NCBI RefSeq assembly: GCF_032444005.1
Contig: NC_091285.1
Coordinates: 705,250,001-705,314,000 of the forward strand
DNA from: Ranitomeya imitator
Taxonomy: Eukaryota
Direction: 5' to 3'
Length of the DNA: 64,000 nt
Shown here: positions 24,301-35,679 of the stretch, piece by piece
Position numbering within the stretch: the stretch's first letter is position 1
Layout: every line of letters begins with the position of its first letter
Notes under the pieces: generated by a model
Database searches by the model: none
What the model was told of the DNA's origin: nothing
What the model saw: the letters and a program-made list of their open reading frames with translations, nothing else
Translations under genes and position numbers: made by a program

Positions 24301-27112
24301 GATGCCTGCATGCCATTCTCACTCACCTATGGTATCTGGGAATAATGTTGTCAGACTATTGCGCCAGTTTTATGGATTTTTAAAAATACCTGCCAAACCA
24401 AACCCAATTTTTTTTAAAGGGAAAAATGCTCAGAAACATAATTTCCTTCATAATTACATGTAGAGTACGGTATATAATGCAAAATAAAAATGAAAAAATA
24501 AATATATGCTCTCCTTTAGCTTATCTTCACATAAAGTGCTTTGGCTTTATTTTTTACTTTAACATTTGTGAGGGCTCACACTCCTACATTTTGGAGGACC
24601 CTACCTCATGTCAAATAGCAAGATAGTGAAATACATATTCCCCATCCCTTTACAATGCCATTTCAAACATGCAAATTTGAATTTTGGGCTTTGCCCACCA
24701 CCACCACCATGTCCACCGCCATGTCATTATGTGGTGTTTGCTGAAAATTAGCAGAGGGCCAGCAGGCGCTGTGAAACCTGCATTTTGCAAGCTCCACAGT
24801 TCATTTTTAACACTGGGTCCCAATGGAACAACTGTAATAGTGGGTGAAGCCACTGTAAGGTGGATATAATACAGGATTTTGGGGAGCTGTATGATCAATG
24901 TCAGTAAATTGGATTCTATCAGACACCAAAAGCATTAGAATAAAATTCTGAATACAGTGTATGCAAGCGAGGGCTTGTTTTGTGCTCAGTCTGTCAGGCC
25001 TGAAACCCATGTTAGGAACATGTACAAGCCTCATTTTTCTTGGAAGCAGCCTCCTCAAGACACAGGACTGCCATTGACCAATCTGCACAATCCTACACAT
25101 TTGCTATTGGTTTAATAAATAGCATATCTTTATCTTGCAGTTGTGCGACTGGTGCAAAGCCTGCAGAGATACGCAAACACGACTAATTATCTGTAATTTT
25201 CATGTTGACGTGAGTAACAAAGCTGGTATCTTAAAAAAATTGCAACACATTGCTAGATATATTGAATTTGTACATAACACCTCTGTGAGGGTACTTGTCA
25301 AAAATAAAGCATTGAAATTTATTTTTCATAAGCATAAAGCATTCAATGTGAGAAAGGGTGATGGAAGGGACATGGATGTGGTGATGCCCACTTTGGACGT
25401 GTTACAGATCAGAAAGTGACTGGATCTTGTTCTAGTTTCCTGTCAAAATGTAGTTAGCGTGGTACAATACTGATGAACCCAGACAATTACCATGATGTTG
25501 CATTTTGGATAGCAGACAAAGGCTCCAGTGTGTTGACAAGTAGCACCACAAAGCCTTCCACATGGTCCAGTCTCAGTAACCAAGAGGCTGGGCTTCTGAA
25601 TCCTCAACTTGGTACTCCTTCCTCACACCATCAAGAGTCCCAGGAGACATATGACCCCAATACCGGCCACTGTGAGAAACTGTTACATTTCCTTGTAATT
25701 TATCAGGCCTCTCAACGTGCACCGTTAAAGATGGCCATGAGGTGCTGGAGTGCAGTGATGAACAAACCTTTGAGCACCCACGACCAGGAGAAAGCCACGT
25801 TCGGGAAGGTCAAGGCATGTCTAAAGAGGTAAAAGAAAATCGTGCCGCAAAGTTGCTTTGAGGTGAGCTTAAAATCACAACTCAGAAGGAGGATCACATT
25901 GAGAATTGGAAAATGACGTGGTCAATGATGAGGCCACTGATCCAACCTGGAGTGGTGGCACGCCTAGCGAGCACAGTAGTGCAGACAGTGATTGGTCTGT
26001 AGCACAAAAACAGGTAAGAAGAGACAGTGACTTGACCAGAGAGAGAACTCGATCAAATGATCCACAGAGTCCCCCCACACTCGACTAGATAACAGGCCAA
26101 GGGTGTTCCCCTGTATGACATTTTTTCTGAAAATCCTTCAGAAAGACAACTGCAATCTTCACCTTCATCTTCTGCCAAACTAAGCTAAGAAGAGGCAAGA
26201 ACGCTGCCAACCTGAGCATGACCAGCATGCAAAAGCACATGGCGGCCAAGCACCCCAGTAGATGGGCGGAATGTCTGGGTACAAAATCTTTGTCTGATGG
26301 TGAAACCACTGTTCCTTCCCTTTGTTACGGCCTTCCTAGTGATGAGCGAGTGTATTTATTTTACTTGGATGTCCCGCTCTGTAGTTTTGGCGCCTACTTT
26401 GCAGCCACTAAACATGCTGAGCTTCTTAACCAATCACAGTAATGCTGCAGACATCTTGGTTGTGGCATTACTGTGATAGGCTGGCCGCCCAGTGTCATAG
26501 GGTCTATTGAAGCCCTGTCGCATCCTTTACGCACATTCCATCCGGAGCCTGGGTTCTGCAAGCATAGGGAGAGATCGCTCAGCTGCTAGGGAGGATCCTT
26601 AGGCCTCTGGATAACACAAAAGCCCTTTTCAGGGATACCTGCAGTTTATAAGAGGTCAATGTAGAGTAGCGTGAGGCAGATACTCGAGCTAGGACACTTT
26701 AAAGATGCCCATTACTAGCTCCATAATACCACCAAAAAATAGCTCTTTTCAGAGCTGAAGACACACAACAAAGTCAGAGTACAGGGAGAAAGAGATTGTG
26801 TATTAGGCAGGAAGAGGTTAAAGTGTTCTTCCATTGTCCATCTTAAGACAGCTTTTGTTAGAGGCAAAGCAATATTTTTCCAGCACAAGGAGAACTAGCA
26901 TTTAGTGCTGCCATTTTTTTTAAAGCCCTGGTCTGTTTTCTCTGCTGGGACAGAGCCTGGCTTCTGCTGTTCATGTTAGGCCAATTAAAAAGGCGTTAAG
27001 TGCCCTACGCAAAGCAGTAGTCCAAACATTTCCTACAGCCTGCTACCCAGCATGCACCAGAGCATTTTCCCTGCTGGTTTTGGAGTCAGCGCTTGGCTTC
27101 TGCTGTCCACAT

Positions 27113-27946
27113 TAGGGTTGAGCGACTTTTACTTTTATAGGATCGGGTCGGGCTTCACGAAACCCGACTTTCTCAAAAGTCGGGTCGAGTGAAATCGGCC
27201 GATCCTATAGAAAAGTCGGGGTTGGGGTCGGCCGAAACACGAAACCCAATGCAGTGCAATGGGATACTATACTCTCCTTCAGGCCCTGGGATCCATATTT
27301 AAAATAAAGAATTAAAATAAAAAATATTGCTATACTCACCCTCTAACGCGCCCTGGTACTAACCGGCAGCCTTCCTTCCTTAGAATCAGCGTGTGAAGGG
27401 CCTTAGATGACGTCGCGGCTTGTGATTGGTCGCGCGACCACCCATGTGACCGCTCACGCGACCAATCACAAGCCGCGACGTCACCAAAGGTCATTCAAGT
27501 GCTGATTCTTAGGAAGGAAGGCTGCCGGAAAGAAGCAGGGCGCGTCCGAGGGTGAGTATATTCCTATTAGGTAGTTGTGGTATTACTCCGAGGGTGACGT
27601 CACGGCTTGTGATTGGTCGCGTGAGCGGTCACATGGGCGGTCGTGCGACCAATCACAAGCCGCGACGTCATCTAAGGTCCTGATTCTAAGGAAGGAAGGT
27701 TGCCGGTTAGTACCAGGGCGCGTTTTTTATTTTAATTCTTTATTTTACACTTAAATATGGATTCCGATACCGATTTCCGATATTGCAAACATATCGGAAC
27801 TCGGTATCGGAATTCCGATACCAGATTCAGAAGATCGCCGACCTCATGGCCGACCCCACACAAGGGTCGGGTCTGGTTTCATGAAACCCGACTTTGCCAA
27901 AAGTCGGCGACTTCTGAAAATGGCCGACCCGTTTCGCTCAACCCTA
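27113..27946. mobile_element. hAT MITE sharing termini with the giant hAT-A
   Basis: TIR tagggttgagcga; perfect TSD gtccacat (27105-27112, 27947-27954). The terminal ~100-150 bp are homologous, inverted, to both ends of 34917-53410. Confidence 0.93.
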
Positions 27947-28035
27947 GTCCACATTAGTCCACTTAAAAAGGCATTAAGTGCCCTATGCAAAGCAGTAATC
28001 CAAACATTTCCTACTGCCTGCTACCCAGCACGCAC

Positions 28036-28743
28036 TGTTAGGGCTGGCAGAACGCACCGAATAAATGTAAAGATAGTAAAAGGTGCGTTTTCAGGCTGGG
28101 GTCCACAGTGCAGAGATGGAACCTGCTGCTAGGTAATGGCGGCATTATAAGCGGTAGTATGCAAGAATAAACACGGGTTCCATCACCCGATATGAAGTGG
28201 TGCGAGATCTGTTGCTTCACAGAGTCGCAGGGAAACAAAGGAAATGCTGTACCCTGTTAACTCCAAAATTCACGAGCATTCAGCAACACTAGGAATGGGA
28301 ATGATTAAGGAGCATTTACCAGATCAAGCATACATCCACACACACACACGATATAAGGTTGATACTAGCCCATCACCGTGCAGCCATGCAAACCTTTTAT
28401 AGCGGAAGCTCTCCGGGACCTTCCTAGTGGTCCAATAGGAGCTGCTACAAGACCTGAGCATGTGACCCCCGACCTCCAATGAGAGGTCATCCCTTGAGCA
28501 TGCTCAGTAGAGAAAAGGCAGGACTTAGTCCCAGGAGCATCTGCTCACCGCTGATTAGTGCTGGTTACAAAGGCTGAGCCTGGAAGGGCAGCAGTAACCA
28601 AGTGCACAGTATATGCCTGAGTCAGATGCTGGGACCAACGTCTCTGCTGAGCAGGCTCCACTGCAGCTGGAGAAGAATGGGAGACCGCAGTGGAGGTGGT
28701 TCGAGATTCCCCCTGTGCAGCGGTGGGAACTCAACACCTAACA
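28036..28743 (-). mobile_element. Solo LTR, same family as 13103-14189
   Basis: tgttagg...cctaaca termini; reverse complement aligns to the other two LTRs; TSD cgcac/cacac (1 mismatch). Confidence 0.85.
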
Positions 28744-29229
28744 CACACACGGCCAATTTTTCTGCTGTTTTTGGGGGCAGAGTGTGGCTTCTGCTGCCAA
28801 ACAGATCCATTTAAAAATGTGTTAAGTGCCCTACACAAAGCAGTAGTCCAAAAATGTCCTACTGCCTGCAAAGCAAGCATGCACAAGGACATTTTCCCTG
28901 CTGTTTTGGGGGTCAGAGCCTGCCCTTTGCTGTCCACATTAGTGAACTTAAAAAGGTGGTCAGTGCCCTATGCAAAGCAGTGGTCCAAACATTTCCTACT
29001 GCCTTCTATCAAGCATGCATCAGACCATTTTCCCTGCTTTTTTTGTGGTCAGAGGTTGGCTCTGTGCTGTCCTCATTAGTTCACTTGAAAAGGCATTAAC
29101 AGCCCTATGCAAAGCTGTAATCCAAACATTTCATACTTCCTGCTACCAAGCACACACCAGGCCATTTTTCCCATTGTTTTGGCTGTGACAGCTAGCTTGG
29201 CTTGTGCCATCAGCATCTAAAAATCTGTG

Positions 29230-32200
29230 ACTAAAACCCAAAAAAAGCCTGTTGTTAAGAGACAGGGACGTGGACATGGTGTTGTCAGTGGTGCGCAAAA
29301 AGGCATTGAGTCTGTGTCAGGACAGAAGAAGCTTGTTGCATCCATTATGTTCTCTGAAAAATGTCCTGGTCTGGAACGCAAACGTGTGGAAACCAGAGGA
29401 GCAAGAGCAGATTCTGCCTTGGATAGCAGACAAGGCCTCTACGCATTTGTCAGAAGCAACAATCTTCCACGACCACACAGTCTACTGTTGATACTCAGAA
29501 GGCTGGCCCATCTAATCTTGAAGCTGGTTCTCCTTCCTCCCGCCATTATCAGTCACAAGAGACATATGATCCCAAGCTTGGCCACTCCGAGGATTTGTTT
29601 GCTACGTATCCATTGGTTGTCTCTGATCTATCATTGTATAGCATTGAAGAGGGACGTGAGAAGGTGGTGTCCATTGATGCGCAAGTATTTAAGGACTTAA
29701 GGCCAGAATAAAGTCACTTGGAGGAATATCATTACTGTCTCCAGAGGTGCAGGCTTATGTTAATGAGACACAGTTGCCATCAGGTCAGCTTACAATGTCA
29801 ACTGGGAAGGAGGATGAGGTCCACTGCTCCGACCTGGACCATTGGCATGTATAGCCATCACAGCAATGCAGAGGAAGATAGAAATGAAGCACCAACACAG
29901 TCACCAAGGGTTCGTGGTTTGTCCAGAGTGAGAACTGGGTCAACTGTTCCAAAGAGCATCCCCACTGTGCGCCAAGTCAGGGCAAGGGGTCGTTCAGCCA
30001 CTTTGTGGAATTTTGTTTCTGAAAGTCCTTCAGAGAAAAATATTGCAGTCTGTAGCATCTGCCATACCAAGTTGAGCAGGGGCTAGGTCAAAGGCAATCT
30101 GGGCACCACCAGTATGCAAAACCACATGGCACCCAAGTACCCCAGTAGGTGGGTGAAACACCACAGTACCAAATCTGTTTCTGCGGGTCAAACCACTGCC
30201 ATGTTGCCTGGGCTATGTCCTTTGGAAAGTGCTGTTCAGGAAGGAGGCAATCATACCTCCTGACCTCAATCTGTGGTTAATCACACACAAGAAACATCTA
30301 ACCACATCCACTTCCTTGTCCCAGCAAAGCATCCAATTGTCCATGCTTGAGAGCTTGGAAAGAAAGCATAAATACCCAGCCATGCATCCAGAGGCACACA
30401 TACTAAACTTGCACATTGCCAAATTGCTAGCTGTGGAGATGTTGTCATTTAGGCTTGTGGGAACACAGTTTTTCCGTGATCTCTTGGCTGTGGCTGCCCC
30501 ACGATACAGTGTACTCAGCCATCACTATTTTGCATGGTGTGCCTTCCCTGCATTACACAAGCTTGTGTTAAACAATCTGAACCGTGCTCTCACCAATGTT
30601 GTAACTAGGAAGGTCCACCTAACAACAGACACCTGGACAAGTTGTTGTGGACAGGAACGATACATTTCTGTGATGACACACAGGGTGAACCTGGTGGAGG
30701 GTGGGACAATGGCGCAAACTGGGACATCACACATCCTACCCAAGCCAAGAATAGCGGTCCCAACTTCTGTCAGTGTTTCCGACTCTTCATATTCCACTTC
30801 CTCTCTCCCCTATTCTTGCTCCTCATCCTCTGCTGAAGTACCCTCCCCATCACTGCCAAGCTGGAAACTGTGAAGTAGTGTATTGTCAAAGTGGCAATAC
30901 ACTCTGCTGATGCTGATCTGTTAAGATCAAAAACCACACACTGCAGCAGAGCTGTAGCAAGCTTTAAAACAACAGACTGATCAGTGGATCTCCCAGCTGC
31001 ACCTCCAACCCGATCTGGTTGACTGTGATAATGAGCGTAACCTGGTGGCGGCTTTAAAGGTCAGCAAGCTGGTACACATGCCATGAATGGCTCATGTGCT
31101 GAACCTAGTTGTTCAGAAATTTCTGAAAAGTTACCCTGCCTTGCCGTACCTTCTTGAGAAGTTCCACCATATTAATGCTCATTTCCGCCATTCCTCTACC
31201 GCTTATGATGGTCTTACAACACTGCAAAAGGGCTTGAATTTGCCAAGTCACTGGCTCATTTGTGACCTGCCCACGTGGAGGAACTCAACCTATCACATGT
31301 TGGCGAGGATTAGTGAGCAGCAGAGGGCAGTAGCTAAATACCAGCTTCAACATGCCCATCAGACTGAGAGTCAGCCACAACACATAACAACTGTCGAGTG
31401 GGTGTGGATTGCTGACATTTGTGAGGTTCTTGAGAACTTTGAGTACTGCACCAAGCTCGTGAGCGGTGATCAGTCTATTATCAGTGTAACCATCCCGCTG
31501 CTGTGTCTCTTGAAACAATCATTGCATAATTTCCCTTAATTTCCCCCGGACTCAATAAAGTGTATCGAATCATATCGTATAATATGATGAGGAAGCTTTA
31601 AGTGTCCAGCATGTTGATATGGAGCCAGATTTCACTATGAAGAGCATGATGAGGATGAGGAGGGAGATGACTTGCTTTTCTGTGCAACCGACGGGACTCC
31701 AAATGCTACAGAGGGGACATCCAACCCAAGTTTCATGTCTGTGCAGCCTGGATGGGCTAGAAAGGAGGAGGTGGAAGAGGAGGAGGATGTGAGTCAGCGT
31801 GAGGAGAGGATAGGCACTGTTCCTACTGTTGGGGACACAGAACATTTGCCTTTTGCAGCTTGGCTCACATGGCACTGATCATGTGTAATTGTCTAAAACA
31901 CATTTTATCCAACAACCAATACTGGTTGTCCATCTTTCTCAATCCACAGTATCAGGAGAAATTTCCTTCTCTCCTTTTGGAGTCACCAAAGAGTTTTTCA
32001 ATGGAATCATTCAAGAGGGCCATTGTAGATCAGTTGCTGAAAACATCAAGCTCAGACAATGCTGGTGGCGGAAGTAGCAGCTATTTTCAACACCAAGCGA
32101 TAATGAGGAGAGACATGAACACCAGGTCCAACGGAGGTGGGGGGAAAATGTGCAAAATTTGGACAATTTTCAATAAACCAGCACAAAAGCAAGGGCTATC

Positions 32201-32500
32201 TGTTCCTGTAACAATGCAAAGGAGGGAGAAATTGCAGAACATGGTCAAGGGTTACTTACGTGACGATACGTGCGTCTTTTCTGAAGCTTTAGTGTCCATT
32301 AATTATTGGGTGTCCAAGCTGAACACTTGGCCCCTACCTCTCCTTCTACGCCTTGGAGGTTCTGGCCTGCCTGGCTGCTAGTGTGATGTGAGAGCACGTT
32401 TTCAGTTCAGCTGGGTCAGTCGTCACTGATAGGTGCACACACCTCTGCAGACAGACTTACTCTGATTAAATTTAACAAGGACTGTGTATCTCCACAGTTT
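29230..32500 (+). pseudogene. hAT-C transposase, multiply frameshifted
   Basis: BED-like LWNFV...VCSICHTKLSRG, then HLTTDTWTSCCGQERY, DNERNLVAAL, MAHVLNLVV, TWRNSTYHML and YWVSKLNTW across several frames. Confidence 0.88.
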
Positions 32501-32589
32501 GCAATCCCTCCAGTTGATAGCATGCCAACCTTAATTCACCAAAAATGCTGATTCATGCTACTTTTGTTAACGTCAACCGCTTTCCATAA

Positions 32590-32960
32590 AAACCCGTTTC
32601 CTTCCTTTGCCGACCATGACTCAGCCCATAAAGCTAATTTTACAAACCCTATGCACATTGTGCAGTGGACAAACCCGGACAGTGTTGCTATTCCAGCCTA
32701 ACTAATATTTGTGATTGGAAGCTCTTGGGATGGTGGCTTCCTTTGTCAACCATTACTCAGCACATAGAGCTAATTTTTCTAAACCCTATGACAGTATTCC
32801 TACTCCAGCCTAACTACTATTTGTGATTGGAGGCCCTTGGGGTGGTGGCTTCCTACATCAACCATGACTCAGTCCATTGAGCTAATTTTTACAAAACCCT
32901 ATGTTTATTGTGCAGTGGACAAATCCTGAATGTAAAGAGGACCTTTCAAACTAATATTTG
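32590..32960. repeat. Three diverged ~113-137-bp units in the 3' part of hAT-C
   Basis: ccat.actcag..cat..agctaatttt...aaaccctatg recurs near 32645, 32782 and 32895. Confidence 0.75.
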
Positions 32961-34769
32961 TTATTGGAGGTCCTTGTGAAAGGTTGTCCCACATTGTAAA
33001 TGGGATAGGGAAAACATATTCAATAGAAATCTAGGCTTAGTAGTTGTTCTTGTGTATCTGTTAAAGTGGCATAATACTGCGACTAACTTATTCCCAGAAA
33101 CCATATGTGAGTCAGAAATGCATGCAGGCATATACTCCAGGCTCTTTCCATTCTGTTTCATCACTTTGCCATCCGATTCAGCCTTTTCCTCAGGCCCCCA
33201 GACCCCTTTGCAGGGTCCAGCAGAAGATTACTCACATTTTCAATTGACTTGTATTGTTCTTGCTATTCAGAATGAATACACTATTTTTACAAAGTGCTCG
33301 TTACGAGTGTAGCGATTACAAATATTACGGTACTCACTCATCACTAGGCCTTCCCAATCTGCTGTCCATCAAGCATGCACTGATGACTCCTGCCCATAAC
33401 CTGCTGTTGCAAATAAAAAACAGTCAAAAACTGTGTCCAATTCATGGACCCAGTGCATTGTTCACTTGTCCCTATCAAAGACATTTAACAGAAAGCAGAA
33501 ATATCGAACCACCCAACACCCATATATCCAGAATGTTGCCTTTTGACTTGTGGGAACTGAATCTTTCTGCGACCTCTTGGTGGTGGCAGCCCCATGGCAC
33601 TCGATTACCATCCGACACTATTTTTCCCAGTGTGCCGTCAACAGTTACATAAGCAGTCGTGTTACACAATATCAGCCGTGCTCTGGCCAAAGCAATGACA
33701 GGGAAGGTCTACTTTACCACAGACATGTGGACAAGTTCTTGTGGACAGGGACTCTACATTTCCCTTATGGCACACTGGCTGAACCTGGTGTAGTCTGGGA
33801 CAGAATCATAGGCTGGTACATCACACATCTTATGCACACCAAGAATAGCGGTCCCAATTTCCATCAGGGTTTCAGTTTCCTCGTATTACAGTTCTTGTCT
33901 CTCCTCCTTCATCTCCTTCTCACTGACAGTAGGCTCCCCATTACTCAGCTGGGAGGTCGGAAGCACTGCCTTTGGCTAAGCGGCAGCACGCTTTGCTGAA
34001 GCTCATCTGTTTAGGTGATAAAGCTCACAACGCAGCCAAGCTGTTGAAGGTGATAAAAAAATAGACCAATCAGCGGCTGTCCCCGCCGAACCTCCAAACA
34101 TGTCTGGTTGTGTGCGATAATGGGTGTAACTTGGTGGCATCTTTAACCCCTTAGCGACCACCGATGCACCTTTTCACGGTGGCAATTAAGTGTACTTAAA
34201 CCACAGCGCCGCTTTTTAATGACGCTGTGGAAAATGTGTATAGTGCCTCCCAGAGTCAGAATTTCCCTGGGGTCTCGGCTGCCAGGGGTAGACAAGACCC
34301 CAGAGGACAGAATTCTGGTTGGTTTTAACTGATTCTGGGGTTGGGATCGCCATTATTAACCGTATAATGGTGACCGCAAAAAATGTCCGATTTGCCATTT
34401 AATTTCTCTATTATCTGATGTGATTGCACATCAGAGGAGAGAGAAATGGGGTCCCTAATACCCACCGGTACCTCCCGGTTTCCCTTCCCCTGCATCTTCT
34501 TCTGGTAAGAAAATGGCGGGCGCATATGCAGTGCACCCGCCGAGATCTGCCAGTTGGCACCCGGCAATAATAGGAGATTTTTTCCTATTGGTTCATTTTG
34601 ATCACTGTGATAGACCCTATCACAGTGATCGAAATGAAAAAAATAGTAAATAAAAACTCCCATTATCACCCCTTTAGTTAGGTAACAATAATGAAATGAA
34701 AAATATATATTTATTTCCATTTTTACATTAGAATTAGAGTTGGGCTAAAGTGAGTTGTGTAAAAGTTAT

Positions 34770-34916
34770 GGTTAGGGCTACAGTTAGGGTTAGGGTTGGG
34801 GCTAAAGTTAGGGTTGGGGCTAAAGTTAGGGTCAGGGTTGGGGCTAAATTTAGGGTTGGTGCAGGGGCTAAAGTTAGGTTTAGTGTTGGGGCTAAAGCTA
34901 GGGTTAAGGTAAGGAC
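34770..34916. repeat. Degenerate (TTAGGG)-like minisatellite, part 1
   Basis: Units of ttagggttggggctaaag and ttagggttagggtt. Continues after the hAT TSD at 53419. Confidence 0.85.
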
Positions 34917-35078
34917 TAGGGTTGAGCGAAACGGGTCGTTCATTTTCAAAAGTCGCCGACTTTTGACAAAGTCGGGTTTCATGAAACCCGACCCGACCCC
35001 TGTGCGGGGTCGGCCATGCGGTACGCGACTTTTGCGCCAAAGTCGCGTTTCAATGACGCGAAAAGCGCCATTTCTCAG

Positions 35079-35223
35079 CCAATGAAGGTGAACGCAGAGT
35101 GTGGGCAGCGTGATGACATAGGTCCTGGTCCTCACCATCTTAGAGAAGGGCATTGCAGTGATTGGCTTGCTGTCTGCGGCGTCACAGGGGCTATAAAGAG
35201 GCGTTCCCGCCGACCGCCATCTT
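35079..35223 (+). promoter_or_regulatory. Candidate hAT-A core promoter
   Basis: CCAAT 35079-35083, reverse CCAAT 35161-35165, TATAAA 35192-35197, YY1-type ccgccatctt 35214-35223. Function inferred from motif order only. Confidence 0.5.
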
Positions 35224-35679
35224 ACTGCTGCTGATCTGAGCTTAGGGAGAGGTTGCTGCCGCTTCGTCAGAAGCAGGGATAGTGTTAGGCAGGGTTCATT
35301 AAACCCCAAACCGCTTGTGCTGTAGCGATTTCCACTGTCCAACACCACCTTCGGTGTGCAGGGATAGTGGAAGCTACATTTTTTTTTTTTTCCTCAGCGC
35401 TGTAGCTCATTGGGCTGCCCTAGAAGGCTCCCTGATAGCTGCATTGCTGTGTACGCCGCTGTGCAAACCAACTGCTTTTTTCAAAGCACAAATCCTGTTG
35501 TTCCTTCCTTTCTGCACAGCTATCTTTTTTGTTTGTCCACACTTTTTATTTAATTTGTGCATCAGTCCACTCCTTATTGCTGCCTGCCATACCTGGCTGA
35601 GCTTACTGCAGGGAGATAGTAATTGTAGGACAGTCCCTGTTTTTTTTTTTTGTGGGAGATTAAGATTGGCATTTCTGCT

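Larger units (their letters stand above)
26860..29220. repeat. ~136-bp tandem array in the 5' part of hAT-C (about 5-6 units, two insertions)
   Basis: aaaaggc.ttaagtgcccta.gcaaagcagt..tccaaacatttcctac recurs near 26987, 27966, 28812, 28949 and 29087. Spacing is 133-138 bp once the MITE and LTR are removed. Confidence 0.85.
26337..33346 (+). mobile_element. hAT transposon (hAT-C), 7.0 kb, with pseudogenised transposase
   Basis: TIRs tagtgatgagcgag / ctcactcatcacta. Perfect 8-bp TSD ggccttcc (26329-26336, 33347-33354). Confidence 0.93.
24086..34142 (+). mobile_element. Outer degraded hAT (hAT-B), split by hAT-C and cut off by a piggyBac-type element
   Basis: Left tagtgatga terminus at 24086 (degenerate). 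Transposase remnants MQKHMAAKHPSRW (to 26336) resume at 33355 with TTDMWTSSCGQG and VCDNGCNLVASL, ending at the TTAA at 34143-34146. Confidence 0.75.

Noticed and set aside
34770-34916. True telomere or chromosome-fusion site
   Set aside because: The repeats are degenerate, lie on one strand only with no head-to-head switch, and are embedded in a TE.
34917-34923. hAT-A TIR begins TAGGGTT, suggesting telomere-repeat-targeted insertion
   Set aside because: The MITE with the same TIR inserted at a non-telomeric site (gtccacat), so strict targeting is unsupported.
34723-35348. ORFs rich in PN/TL/VR repeats, also at 53392-53932 and 54627-54849
   Set aside because: They are by-products of the TTAGGG-like tract and the hAT or LTR ends.
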